DNA from: Vulcanimicrobiota bacterium
GTDB taxonomy: Bacteria > Vulcanimicrobiota > Vulcanimicrobiia > Vulcanimicrobiales > Vulcanimicrobiaceae
DNA length: 64,000 nucleotides
Direction: 5' to 3'
Assembly (NCBI GenBank): GCA_963795855.1
Contig: CAWCIZ010000002.1
Coordinates: forward strand, 288,001-352,000
The position numbers and the translations under genes were made by a program. Below, piece by piece: positions 41,336-51,522 of this stretch; the stretch's first letter is position 1; each line of letters begins with the position of its first letter. The notes beneath the pieces were generated by a model. That model searched no databases and was not told where the DNA came from. It was given only the letters and a program-made list of their open reading frames with translations.

Positions 41336-43171
41336 TTAGACCCCCGAATATTCGGCGCGCGCGACGCGGCCGCTGGCGTACGCCTCGGACACGAGCGAAT
41401 GAACGTCGATGATGAGTGAAATGGAACCGTTGCCCAGAATCGTCGCACCGGAAATGCCCGGGATGCGCCCGACCACGTCGGAAAGCGGCTTGATGACGAT
41501 CTCTTGTTCGCCTTGGAACGAGTCCACGACCAAGCCGACTTGACGGCCCTGGAGGCCGACGATCACCGTCATGACCTTGTCGGGATCGCGGTCCGCGCGA
41601 AGGTCGAAGAAATCGGCGATGCGTACGAGCGGCACCACTTGCCCGCGCAGAGTGATCACTTCGCTGCCGTGCACGGTGCGCACGTCTTCCATCTCGACCC
41701 GCTGCGATTCGATGACGGAGTCGAGCGGAATCGCATACAGTTCCTCACCCACGCGCACGAGCAGCGCTTGAATGATCGCGAGCGTGAGCGGCAATTTTAT
41801 CGTGAACGTCGTGCCGGCTCCCGGCACGGTGTTGACGTCGAAGACGCCTTTGAGGCGCGTGATGTTCTTCTTCACCACGTCCATCCCGACGCCTCGGCCG
41901 CTGACGTCGCTTACCACTTCCGCCGTAGAGAATCCCGGCGTGAAGATCAATTCGATGATCTCGCGATCCGTCAAGCGGTCGTCCGACCCGATCAGTCCTT
42001 GCTTGATGCCGCGCGCACGCACCCGATCCAGATCGATGCCGTTTCCGTCGTCGGAGACTTCGATGATGATCTGATTGCCCTCGTGATAGGCGTCGAGCGA
42101 GATGGTGCCGTGGCGCGGTTTGCCGCGGCGTTCGCGCTCCTCCGGCGTCTCGATGCCGTGGTCGACGCAGTTGCGCAGCAGATGCATGAGCGGATCGCCG
42201 ACTTCGTCGACGATCGTCTTGTCGAGATCCGTTTCGGCTCCGGCGATTGCCAGGTGCACTTCCTTGCCGCGCGCCTTTGCAACATCGCGCACCATGCGCG
42301 GAAACCGATCGAACACTTGTCCGATCGGCACCATGCGCACTTTCATGATCGATTCCTGAATCTCGTTCGTCGTACGCGCCAGCAGCGCCGAACTGTCCGC
42401 CAGTTCCTTGGTGAGCGGCGCGAGTTCTTTGGCATGCAGCGCGCGCTCGAGCGTATTGGCGATATCGGAGATGCGCGTGCGGTTGATGACGAGTTCGCCG
42501 ACCAGGTTGAGCAGCAAATCCAGGCGCTCGATGTCGACGCGAATCGTTTGGTGACTTTTCGTCTTGCCGGCTGCTTCCGTTCGTGCCTGCGGCGTTTGCA
42601 CTTCCGGACGCGGCGTTTGCGGAGCGCGCATCTGTTCCACTTGGCGCCACACTTCGGCTTCGAACGCGGCGATTTCGTCTTCGCTCACCACTTCTTCGGC
42701 AGCGGCCTCTTCGAACGAAACGTCGGAACCCGTCGCGCCTTCGATTACGTTCGACGTCTCGTCGTACACCGCAACGAACGAATCGACGCGCGCAATGTAG
42801 GCGGCAAGTCCGGCCGGCGTTTCGGTGCCTTGCACCGCGGCCTCGATCAGCCCGGTTAGGAAATCGCGGCCCGCGAACAATACGTCGACGCACGTTTCGG
42901 AGAGCGGCATGCGCTCTTTACGCAGCAGGTCGCACAAATTTTCGAGGCGGTGAGCAAGGCTCTGCACGTCCGTGAACTGCAGCATTCCGGAACTGCCCTT
43001 GATCGTGTGGAGGCCGCGGAAAAGCGAATTCACCAATTCGGCGTCAGGGCGGCCGCCGTTCACGAAGTCTTCGAGATGGAGGAGATCGGCGTCGAGCTGC
43101 TGCAGCAGCTCCTCGGCTTCGTCGCGGAAGTACGAGACGAATTCGGATCTATCGAACAGGTCTTCGCTCAT
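41336..43171 (-). CDS. cheA: Chemotaxis histidine kinase CheA, no evident P2 domain
   Basis: FR.LHTIKG, IRVD..RLD.L.NLVGEL, HLLRNCVDHGIE, SGRGVGMDVV, LPLTLAI. Confidence 0.96.
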   Translation of the reverse strand: MSEDLFDRSEFVSYFRDEAEELLQQLDADLLHLEDFVNGGRPDAELVNSLFRGLHTIKGSSGMLQFTDVQSLAHRLENLCDLLRKERMPLSETCVDVLFAGRDFLTGLIEAAVQGTETPAGLAAYIARVDSFVAVYDETSNVIEGATGSDVSFEEAAAEEVVSEDEIAAFEAEVWRQVEQMRAPQTPRPEVQTPQARTEAAGKTKSHQTIRVDIERLDLLLNLVGELVINRTRISDIANTLERALHAKELAPLTKELADSSALLARTTNEIQESIMKVRMVPIGQVFDRFPRMVRDVAKARGKEVHLAIAGAETDLDKTIVDEVGDPLMHLLRNCVDHGIETPEERERRGKPRHGTISLDAYHEGNQIIIEVSDDGNGIDLDRVRARGIKQGLIGSDDRLTDREIIELIFTPGFSTAEVVSDVSGRGVGMDVVKKNITRLKGVFDVNTVPGAGTTFTIKLPLTLAIIQALLVRVGEELYAIPLDSVIESQRVEMEDVRTVHGSEVITLRGQVVPLVRIADFFDLRADRDPDKVMTVIVGLQGRQVGLVVDSFQGEQEIVIKPLSDVVGRIPGISGATILGNGSISLIIDVHSLVSEAYASGRVARAEYSGV

Positions 43172-43191
43172 GGCCGCCGAGCCGAAACGGT

Positions 43192-43803
43192 TTACTCTAC
43201 GCCGAAGACGGCGAGAAGCGGCCCGAGAGAGCCGGTTTCCGGTATCAAGATGAACTGACCCGACACCGCCTTTTCCTTGTCCAGGAACGCGCTTTCGATC
43301 AAGAAGACGTCTTGGTCCGGCAGTATCGACATCAGGGTGCGGAATGCCGCCTGGATCGTCCCGTACGAAAGCGTCGGAACCGACGGAAGCACGTTCTGAC
43401 CGGTGAGATTGTTGATGGCGGATAGATACGAACCGGCGATGATGTTGCCGATCTCTTTGAGCGTGGAGTCGGCGATGGAATCGAAAACTTGAATGTCGCC
43501 GATGACGCGTTTGAGAAACGTCGAGACGAAATCGATCGCCTGTTCGCGGTCGAACAGCACGACGATTTGCCCGGGCGCCTCTCCGCGAATGTACATATGC
43601 AGCGCCGCCACCATCCGGTTCTCGTGACCGACGCGGCTGGCCAAATCGCGAAATTTGATGACGTCGATGCTCGGCTCGCTCAGATTGACCTTGGCGTTGA
43701 GCAGCTGCGAGAGCGCGGTTGCGGCATGGCCCGCGCCGATGTTGCCGACCTCTTTGAGCGCGTCCTTCTGCAAATCGTTGAGCTTGAGGCTTTGTGCGCT
43801 CAC
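43192..43803 (-). CDS. cheC: Chemotaxis phosphatase CheC
   Basis: DALKEVGNIGAGHAATALS and STLKEIGNII; GTGA overlap with cheY. Confidence 0.95.
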   Translation of the reverse strand: MSAQSLKLNDLQKDALKEVGNIGAGHAATALSQLLNAKVNLSEPSIDVIKFRDLASRVGHENRMVAALHMYIRGEAPGQIVVLFDREQAIDFVSTFLKRVIGDIQVFDSIADSTLKEIGNIIAGSYLSAINNLTGQNVLPSVPTLSYGTIQAAFRTLMSILPDQDVFLIESAFLDKEKAVSGQFILIPETGSLGPLLAVFGVE

Positions 43804-44162
43804 GAAAGCACCTTGTTGATCGTCTCGAGAATCTTCGGAGGCTGGAACGGCTTGGTGATAAACGATTTCGCGCCGGCTTGAATCGCCTCGACGACCAGCG
43901 CCTGCTGTCCCATCGAGGTGCACATGATGATCTTCGCGTTGGGATCGTGGTTCATGATTTGCCGCACGGCGGAGATGCCGTCCATTTCCGGCATGACCAT
44001 GTCCATCGTGACGAGATCCGGGGTAAGCGACTTGTACTTGTCGACCGCTTCGGCGCCGTTTTGCGCCTCGCCGACCACGTCGAATCCGTTCTTGCTCAGA
44101 ATCCCCTTAATCATCATCCGCATGACGACGGCGTCGTCGACGATGAGGACCCGCTTGCTCAT
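43800..44162 (-). CDS. cheY: Chemotaxis response regulator CheY
   Basis: VLIVDD, TMDMVMPEMDG, KPFQP. Confidence 0.95.
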   Translation of the reverse strand: MSKRVLIVDDAVVMRMMIKGILSKNGFDVVGEAQNGAEAVDKYKSLTPDLVTMDMVMPEMDGISAVRQIMNHDPNAKIIMCTSMGQQALVVEAIQAGAKSFITKPFQPPKILETINKVLS

Positions 44163-44198
44163 TCCTTGCTCCTAGAGGCCGATATTGGTACCTAATCC

Positions 44199-44227
44199 CC
44201 ATCGGCCGAAATCGGGGTTTTTGTTAG
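44199..44227 (-). promoter_or_regulatory. Putative sigma28 (FliA/SigD) promoter of cheYCAW
   Basis: CTAAC-N16-GCCGATGG, same geometry as the site upstream of fliK. Confidence 0.65.
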
Positions 44228-44230
44228 GCG

Positions 44231-44899
44231 CTACGCCAGGCCGCGGTTGCGCAGCTCCGTCGTCCGGCGATTGATAAAGTCCAGAATGGCGCGATCTTCC
44301 TCGGCCGTGACGCCTTGAAAGCGCAGACCGTGTGAGAATTTGCCGGAAGTCGGTATCTGCTCGACCCGCATTACCTCGGCCAAAACGGTAAGGGGCGCGG
44401 CAACTGCGCTGAGCGTCATCTTGATCTCGAGCGTTTGCCCCACTTTGCATTGCCGATCCATGATGAGCGCGCAACCGCCGCGGCTGATGTCGCGGATGCT
44501 GCCCTTCGCGAATTCGCCGACTCCCTGGCCGCCCGGCGCCATGCGCCAGAAGCCGCCGATGAGCGTGTCCAGTCGAACGCTGGAGCGTTTTTGCGCGCCG
44601 CCCGCTATCGTTTCGATGCGCTCGGGAATCGGAAAGAACGTCATGCCGTCGCGCACCTCCGCGATGGTTGCAGCGAAGCGGAATTTTCCGAGCGAGGTTT
44701 GATAGACGAAGACGGCGCGTTCGCCTTTGCGGCCGACCGTGTCGCCGACGGCAATGCGCTCGGGGCCGGATTCTTCGATGGAAACCGATCGCGCGGCGCG
44801 TCCGGTTATCGTCACGTCGACGAACGAATGCAGCGCCGGCAACTTGCCTTCGTCGACGCGCTTTTTCACGTTCGGGCGGAACAGCGATTTGAACATCAT
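44231..44899 (-). CDS. PilZ-domain flagellar brake (YcgR/MotI-like)
   Basis: QKRSSVR (RxxxR) and DISRGG (DxSxGG). Confidence 0.85.
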   Translation of the reverse strand: MMFKSLFRPNVKKRVDEGKLPALHSFVDVTITGRAARSVSIEESGPERIAVGDTVGRKGERAVFVYQTSLGKFRFAATIAEVRDGMTFFPIPERIETIAGGAQKRSSVRLDTLIGGFWRMAPGGQGVGEFAKGSIRDISRGGCALIMDRQCKVGQTLEIKMTLSAVAAPLTVLAEVMRVEQIPTSGKFSHGLRFQGVTAEEDRAILDFINRRTTELRNRGLA

Positions 44900-47028
44900 G
44901 TTCGCGAACTCTCCATTTCCGCTTCATCGGTGGTCGCGATCTGACCGATGGATTCGACACGCAGACCCGGTGCGATCTCCGAGTACGAAAGCACGACCAG
45001 CTGCGGCGCGGCGCGCTCCGTCAAACGCTTGAGCGCCAGGCGCACCGAGGGCGAGCAGAGCACGATCGGGTGGAGGCCGGCACTTTGCGCCGCCGCCATT
45101 TGTTTGGTGAGCGAGCTGTAAATCTTCGCGACGGTGTTCGGATCCAAAAGCGCGTACGCGTCCTCACCGCGGCGCACCGCTTCGCCGAGCAGCGCTTCTA
45201 AACGCGGATCGACCGTAATGACCGAGAGGAGACCTTCTTCGGCGTATTCCGCGCAGATGTGACGAGCCATCGCAGCGCGCACGCGCTCGGTTAGGAAGTC
45301 GACGTCCTTGCTGACGCGCGCGGCGTCCGCCAAACTCTCGAGGATGAGCAGCAAATTGCGGATCGGGATGCGTTCGCGCAGCAGATTCTGCAGGACGCGT
45401 TGGATTTCGCCGACGGTAAGCAGATTCGGAACCAGTTCTTCGACGACGACCGGGTAGTGCGTCTTGACGTTGTCGAGCAGCGCCGACGTTTCTTGCCGTC
45501 CGAGCAGATCGGGCGAGTGGCCTTTGATGATTTCCGTGAGGTGCGTCGCGATGACGCTGGTCGGATCGATGACGGTGTAGCCCGCCATCTCGGCCTCCGA
45601 ACGCGCCGCATCCGAAATCCACAACGCAGGCAGATTGAATGCCGGTTCGGTCGTTGGAATGCCTTCGATGGGCGAGGTTGCGGTGCCCGGGTTCATCGCG
45701 AGCAAACGGCTCACCATGACCTCCGCGGACGCGACTTCAAGGCCGTAGATCTTCACGACGTACGTGCTCGGTTTGAGTTGCAGATTGTCGCGCACCCGAA
45801 TCGGCGGCACGACGATGCCGAGATCGCGCGCGGCATGGCGGCGAATCAGCGTTATGCGCTCGAGTAAGTCGCCGCCCTGCGTGGTATCGACCAGCGGAAT
45901 CAGGCCAAACCCGATCTCCAGTTCCATCGGATCGTAGGAGAGCAGCGGCACGACCGACTCCGCCGGCTTGACGGCCGGCGTCGCACTTGCGCCGCCGGCG
46001 ACGGCCGCGGCCTGCGCCGGCGTGGGCAGCTGCCCGACGCGCTGGTCGCGCGGGCGGTTGCGCGTGCGCAGGTAATAGATGAAGAGCAGCGCCGAGAGCG
46101 GCAGCATGAACCACCGCACCAAGCCGGCAAACCCGAAGAGCGCGGTCATGATCGCCGCGATCAGGATTGCGGTGGGCTGGCCGCTGAGCTGCTTGGTCAG
46201 ATCCGCCCCGAAATCCGATTCGGACGCGGCGCGCGTGACGATGATGCCGGTTGCGGTCGAGATTAGCAGCGCGGGAACTTGCGTGACGATGCCTTCACCG
46301 ACCGTCAGCAGCGTAAAGTGCTGCAGCGACTGCATCAGCGAGAGATGCTCTTGCGCGACGCCGACGATGAAGCCGCCGACGGTGTTAATCGCGACGATGA
46401 TGAGCGCGGCGATCGCGTCGCCGCGTACGAACTTGCTGGCGCCGTCCATCGCGCCGTAAAAGTCTGCCGAACGCTGAATGTCTTTGCGCCGCTGACGAGC
46501 TTCCGCTTCAGTGATGAGCCCGGCGTTGAGATCCGCGTCGATGGCGAGCTGTTTGCCGGGCATCGCGTCGAGCGTGAAACGCGCGGCGACTTCCGCGACG
46601 CGTCCGGCGCCGTTCGTGATGACCACGAATTGGATAACGATGAGAATCAGGAAGATCACGAAGCCGACGGCATAGTTTCCGCCGACCACGATGTTCCCGA
46701 AGAAATTGATGACCTCGCCGGCGTACCCGTGCAGCAGGATGGACCGCGTCGCGGTGACGTTGAGTGAAAGGCGAAACAGCGTTACGATGAGCAGCAGCGT
46801 CGGAAAGACGCTGAACTGCAGGGCGTTCTCCGCGTAGAGTGCCACGCCGATGATCAGCAGCGCGGCGCCGATGTTGATCGTCAGCAGCAAGTCGAGCAGC
46901 ACGGGAGGAATCGGCACGATCATCAGAATGACGAGCATGACCGATGCGCCGGCGACCCAAATGGGCGCCGTTCCCGCGATGCGGCTCAGGATGCCGCCGT
47001 TTTGCTGGACCTGCGAAACCGCAGCCAT
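44896..47028 (-). CDS. flhA: Flagellar export protein FlhA
   Basis: EVAARFTLDAMPGKQ, DFYGAMDGASKFV.GDA. Confidence 0.97.
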   Translation of the reverse strand: MAAVSQVQQNGGILSRIAGTAPIWVAGASVMLVILMIVPIPPVLLDLLLTINIGAALLIIGVALYAENALQFSVFPTLLLIVTLFRLSLNVTATRSILLHGYAGEVINFFGNIVVGGNYAVGFVIFLILIVIQFVVITNGAGRVAEVAARFTLDAMPGKQLAIDADLNAGLITEAEARQRRKDIQRSADFYGAMDGASKFVRGDAIAALIIVAINTVGGFIVGVAQEHLSLMQSLQHFTLLTVGEGIVTQVPALLISTATGIIVTRAASESDFGADLTKQLSGQPTAILIAAIMTALFGFAGLVRWFMLPLSALLFIYYLRTRNRPRDQRVGQLPTPAQAAAVAGGASATPAVKPAESVVPLLSYDPMELEIGFGLIPLVDTTQGGDLLERITLIRRHAARDLGIVVPPIRVRDNLQLKPSTYVVKIYGLEVASAEVMVSRLLAMNPGTATSPIEGIPTTEPAFNLPALWISDAARSEAEMAGYTVIDPTSVIATHLTEIIKGHSPDLLGRQETSALLDNVKTHYPVVVEELVPNLLTVGEIQRVLQNLLRERIPIRNLLLILESLADAARVSKDVDFLTERVRAAMARHICAEYAEEGLLSVITVDPRLEALLGEAVRRGEDAYALLDPNTVAKIYSSLTKQMAAAQSAGLHPIVLCSPSVRLALKRLTERAAPQLVVLSYSEIAPGLRVESIGQIATTDEAEMESSRT

Positions 47029-48092
47029 CAGGCGATCGTCTTTCTTTTAATCTTGTACACGAACGCGATGACTTGCGCCACGGCCGCATACAAGTTCGGC
47101 GGAATCGACTGCTCCAGTTCCACCTTTGCATAGAGCGTACGCGCGAGCGGCGGGTTCTCCATGATCGGAACGCCGTGTTCTTGTGCGATTTCGCGAATGC
47201 GCTTGGCAAGGAGATCCGCGCCTTTGGCCGTGACGACGGGCGCTTCCATCTTCACTTCATCCCACTCGAGCGCGACGGCGAAGTGGGTCGGGTTGGTTAC
47301 GACGACGGTCGCTTTCGGCACGGCCGACATCATGCGCCGGCGCGCAAATTCGCGCTGGCGGCGCTTGACGGCGCCCTTGGCTTCGGGGTTGCCTTCCGAC
47401 TGCCGGAACTCGTCCTTCACCTCTTGCTTGGTCATCTTGAGGTTTTCTTCGTACTGCCATTTCTCGTACGCATAATCGAGCAGCCCGACGATGACCAGCA
47501 GCAAACCGAATTTCCAGCCGATCGAAAAAATCAATTCGCCGACGAACGAGAGCATGTGCTGCGGCGAGAGCTGACCAAGCATCAGCAGCGTGTTGACGTT
47601 TCCGGCGACGCTCGAGTAAATGATGACTAGCACCGCGCCTAGTTTGAGCAGCTGCTTGGCAAGATTGACGAGCACTTGTCTGGAGAACATGCGTTGAAAG
47701 CCGGTCAGCGGATTGATCTTGTTGAAGCTGGGCGCGATCGGCGTAAGCGAAATCAGGAAGCCGGTCTGCAAAACGTTGACGCCGATGCCGGCGATTACCG
47801 CCGCTCCGAAAAGCAAACCCAAGAGCAGGGCGAGGCCGCCGAATCCGCGCGCGAACAGCGTCCATACCGACGTGATCGTGAAGTCCTGATGCTCGTGAAT
47901 ACGCCACAGAATCTCCTGAACGCTCGTCGAAAGCGAGCCCAGAGCAGCCGGGGTACACGCGTGCAGCACGAAAACGCCGGCAAGGAAGACCGATGCGCCG
48001 GCGAGATCGGGGCTCTTCGCAACTTGACCGCGTCCTCGCGCCTCTTCACGGCGCTTCGGTGTGGCCTTTTCAGTCTGCTCGGGTCTTGCCAC
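47028..48092 (-). CDS. flhB: Flagellar export protein FlhB
   Basis: TEKATPKRREEAR, TNPTH autocleavage motif, ENPPLAR.LY. Confidence 0.97.
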   Translation of the reverse strand: MARPEQTEKATPKRREEARGRGQVAKSPDLAGASVFLAGVFVLHACTPAALGSLSTSVQEILWRIHEHQDFTITSVWTLFARGFGGLALLLGLLFGAAVIAGIGVNVLQTGFLISLTPIAPSFNKINPLTGFQRMFSRQVLVNLAKQLLKLGAVLVIIYSSVAGNVNTLLMLGQLSPQHMLSFVGELIFSIGWKFGLLLVIVGLLDYAYEKWQYEENLKMTKQEVKDEFRQSEGNPEAKGAVKRRQREFARRRMMSAVPKATVVVTNPTHFAVALEWDEVKMEAPVVTAKGADLLAKRIREIAQEHGVPIMENPPLARTLYAKVELEQSIPPNLYAAVAQVIAFVYKIKRKTIA

Positions 48093-48250
48093 CTAGACCT
48101 ATCATCGGCCGCCGCGCTGGTGCTCAACAGTACGCGCGCGCAGGTTTTACCGTGCGGGGACGGCGCCTTAACCGGCGGGACACTGCCCCGGTGCGACGAA
48201 TAGGCGGGGGGTTTAAGCCCCTCCCGGGCAACCTCATCACAGGAGACTAC

Positions 48251-49357
48251 ATGCGTCGTTCTGCGGGCCTGGCGGCCTCGTTGTTTTTCACTGCTCTTGC
48301 GCTGGCAGGATGCGGCCACGGCACGGTCATCGGCAGCAATCCGCTGCCTACGGCGTCCCCCATCGTTCCAAAGGTGACGAACGAATTTGCCGTGCCCACG
48401 GCGGGCGCCAACCCCGGCGGCATTACCGTGGGAAGCGACGGATTCTTGTACTTCACCGAGCAGGGCGACGGGAAAAGTCGGGCAGCTGCACCACGGGCGG
48501 CACGGTAACGGAATTCAGCATCGCCTCAAACGGCGGCACGGCGGGCAACAACCCCATGTTCATCACGCATGGACCTGACGGCAATCTTTGGTTTACCGAG
48601 CAAGGCGCTTCGCCGGGCGTCGCCACGATGGCGATCACGGGCAACAAGGTTACGGAGTTTCACGTCACTGGGAGCGCGCCGCAATACCTTGTATCAGGTC
48701 CGGCGCTCAACACGCTCGTGTTCACCGATCCGGGCAACAATGCGATCGGCGAGATACTCACGACCGGCCAGTTCGCTCCGACCGGCACCGTTACGCCGCC
48801 GGCGAATTGCGTCGTTACCGCGTCCAGCGCCAGCGTCTGCGAATTCTCCATCACAGCGTTAGGCGGCAGCGCGAGCGCCGACCCGCTCGGAATAGCGGTG
48901 AACTCCGGCGACTCCAGTCATGTCTACTTCGCGGAAAACGCCGCTTCGCGTATCGGCGTGCTCAACGTTCAGAACGGCACACTTGCGGAAGTTCCGACCG
49001 TCACGCCCAACGCCGGACCAACTGCAATCGTTCAAGGTCCCGACGGCGCGATGTGGTTCACCGAGAACAACGTCGCTAAGATCGGCCGCCTCACCACGGC
49101 GGGTCAGGCGAGCGAGTATTCCCTGACGCCCGCGACGAGCGCGCTCGGTTTGATTGCGGCCTCCGACAACAATCTTTACTTTGCGGATCCCGCGCAAAAC
49201 AAGATCGGCAGCGTGAGCGCTATCACGCCATCCACCGTAAATGAATACGCGGTCCCAACGGCGAGTGCGTTTCCGAATCAGCTCGTGATCGGACCGGACG
49301 GTCTCATCTACTTCACGGAGACGCACGGCGAACAAGATCGGGCAGATGATTTACTAA
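48251..49357 (+). CDS. Vgb (virginiamycin B lyase)-like beta-propeller lipoprotein, frameshifted
   Basis: LAGC lipobox; repeated GPDG.(L/M)WFTE...KIG blades; AGGAG RBS. Confidence 0.85.
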
Positions 49358-49463
49358 GGCGTTGTGGCGTAGGCGCTGTTCCGCGCATGAAAAACTTTTT
49401 CCGATCGATTATTCCGTTGCCGCGCGCCGCGCTTGTCGGCGGTTTTTCGAAGGGCGGTTTTCG

Positions 49464-50246
49464 TTAGGGCGATGCCATGCCGCGCATCACCGTATCCATA
49501 TGACGCGCCGCGTCCGAGAAGATTTGCGGGGATGCGGTAACCAGCAGCGGAACGCTGACGGCGAGCATCAGCAGCCCGACGCCGATCTGCAGCGGGAAGC
49601 CGACGACGAAGACGTTCATCTGCGGTGCAACGCGAGCCATCAGCCCCAGCGCGACGTTGATGATGAAGAGCGAGACGGCGGCAGGCGCGGCAATTTGGAA
49701 GACGATCAGGAACGCCTGCTCCAAAAACGTGACGACGTTGCCGGCTACGCTCGGGTCGAGGTTGACGTACGGCAGCGGCACGAGGTGGAACGACCCGCCG
49801 ATGCCCTGCAGCATCAGCAGATGCGAGTTGCTGACAAGAAAGACGAGCGTCGCAAGCGTCAACTCCAACTCGCCGAGCACCGTCACCTGCTCCTGCGTTT
49901 GCGGACTGATGACGTTCGCGACGGCGAAACCGATTTGGATGTCCAGGATTTCACCGGCGAACTGAATGCCCATGAATACCAGATATGCGACGAAGCCGAC
50001 GATGAGGCCAATCACGACTTGACTGACGACGGCGCCGATGAGCGAGCCGATGTCGGGAAGCGCCGCGGTGAGCGGCTGCGCATGAAAGATGACGAACGAG
50101 ATGATCCCCGCCAAGCCTATCCGCACCATGATCGGAATCTGACGCGCGGAGAACACGGGAAACACGAAGAGCATGGTCGACGTGCGCACGAAGACCAGGA
50201 GCAGCGTCTCGAATTGGGCCTGCGTGAGCCCGAAGACGTCGAGCAC
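49464..50246 (-). CDS. fliR: Flagellar export protein FliR
   Basis: AGEILDIQIGF, ARVAPQMNVFVVGFPL. Confidence 0.95.
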   Translation of the reverse strand: MLDVFGLTQAQFETLLLVFVRTSTMLFVFPVFSARQIPIMVRIGLAGIISFVIFHAQPLTAALPDIGSLIGAVVSQVVIGLIVGFVAYLVFMGIQFAGEILDIQIGFAVANVISPQTQEQVTVLGELELTLATLVFLVSNSHLLMLQGIGGSFHLVPLPYVNLDPSVAGNVVTFLEQAFLIVFQIAAPAAVSLFIINVALGLMARVAPQMNVFVVGFPLQIGVGLLMLAVSVPLLVTASPQIFSDAARHMDTVMRGMASP

Positions 50247-50250
50247 GCCG

Positions 50251-50520
50251 TTACTTTACGAAGCTTTGCACGTGCGTGAAGATGCGCGTGGTGAAGTCCG
50301 TGAGCAGCGCGAGCATGAAGGGCCCGAAAAACAGAATGGTCAGCGCGGATGCGATGATCTTCGGGATGAACGTCAGCGTCGGTTCCTGAATCTGCGTCAC
50401 CGCCTGGAAGATCGAAATGACGAGGCCCACGACCATCGAGATCAGCAACACCGGCGCGGCCACCATGAAGCACACGAAAATCGCGTCGCGGCCCAGCGCT
50501 ATCGCGTCACCGAAGCCCAT
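50251..50520 (-). CDS. fliQ: Flagellar export protein FliQ
   Basis: SIFQAVTQIQEPTLTFIPK. Confidence 0.95.
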   Translation of the reverse strand: MGFGDAIALGRDAIFVCFMVAAPVLLISMVVGLVISIFQAVTQIQEPTLTFIPKIIASALTILFFGPFMLALLTDFTTRIFTHVQSFVK

Positions 50521-50542
50521 ATGCACACCCCACTCGACGGGT

Positions 50543-50706
50543 CGCGCGCCACCCCAACCTTCCGTCCGGAAATCTCTGACTTTTTTGCGCAAACCCGGAT
50601 GGTTTCTTCAAAACTACGTTCTCGCAAAAAAGCGGAGAAGCAGCGATTTTGCCATGGAGGGCACAATCGCTAGCGGTTTTTGGACGGAAGGTTGGGGTGG
50701 CGAGCG
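50543..50706. repeat. Structured intergenic element with 21-bp perfect terminal inverted repeats and two internal hairpins
   Basis: CGCCACCCCAACCTTCCGTCC (50547-50567) and its complement (50682-50702); inner stems 50580-89/50623-32 and 50642-53/50660-71. Confidence 0.85.
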
Positions 50707-50715
50707 TATACGCCG

Positions 50716-51522
50716 TCATTTGTAACTCTGAAAGATGGCGCTGACCGTGAGGTTCCATCCGTCGACGAGCAGGAAAATCAGGATTTTGAACGGCAGCGAA
50801 ATGATGACGGGCGGAATCATCATCATGCCCATGGACAGCAAGATGCTCGCGACCACCATGTCGATGACGATGAACGGCACATAGATTGCGAAGCCGATTT
50901 CGAACGCCGTCTTCAATTCGGAAATGACGAACGCGGGGATGACGATATAGGTGGGGACGTCCGCCTGCGTTGCGGGCCGCGGCTCATTGGACAGCGAGTA
51001 GAATAACTGCAAATCCTTCTCGCGCGTCTGCTTGAACATGAATTTGCGCAGCGGCTGCACGGCGCGGTCCAGCGCGACGGATTGCGTGATCTGGTTCTTC
51101 ATGAACGGCTGAAGCGCGTTTTGGTTGACGTCCTTGATGACCGGCGCCATGATGAAAAACGTCAAGAACAGCGCCAAGCCTACCAGCACTTGGTTCGGCG
51201 GGACTTGCTGCGTACCGAGGGCCGTGCGAACGAACGAGAGCACGACGATTACGCGCGTGAACGACGTCACCAGAACCAGCAGCGTCGGTGCGAGCGAAAG
51301 CACGGTGAGCAGCAGCAGAATTTGAAGCGCGGTCGCGACGTCTTTGGGATTCTTCGCTTGGCCGACGCCGATGCTCACCTGCGGAATCGGCACGGTCGGG
51401 CTCGACGGCGCGGTAGCGGCCGCGGCGATCGCCGGAATGACCCACAGCGAGAAGACGGCGACGCCGCTCACGATGAAAAAGGCGCGATGACGCGTCCACA
51501 GACGCGTGAAAAATGCAATCAT
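50716..51522 (-). CDS. fliP: Flagellar export protein FliP
   Basis: TSFTR, PPNQVL, PAF.ISELKTAF, SLPFK...LVDGW. Confidence 0.96.
   Translation of the reverse strand: MIAFFTRLWTRHRAFFIVSGVAVFSLWVIPAIAAAATAPSSPTVPIPQVSIGVGQAKNPKDVATALQILLLLTVLSLAPTLLVLVTSFTRVIVVLSFVRTALGTQQVPPNQVLVGLALFLTFFIMAPVIKDVNQNALQPFMKNQITQSVALDRAVQPLRKFMFKQTREKDLQLFYSLSNEPRPATQADVPTYIVIPAFVISELKTAFEIGFAIYVPFIVIDMVVASILLSMGMMMIPPVIISLPFKILIFLLVDGWNLTVSAIFQSYK

Noticed and set aside
48093..48250. c-di-GMP riboswitch in the flhB/Vgb spacer
   Set aside because: Only short GC-rich hairpins; class I and II core motifs not found
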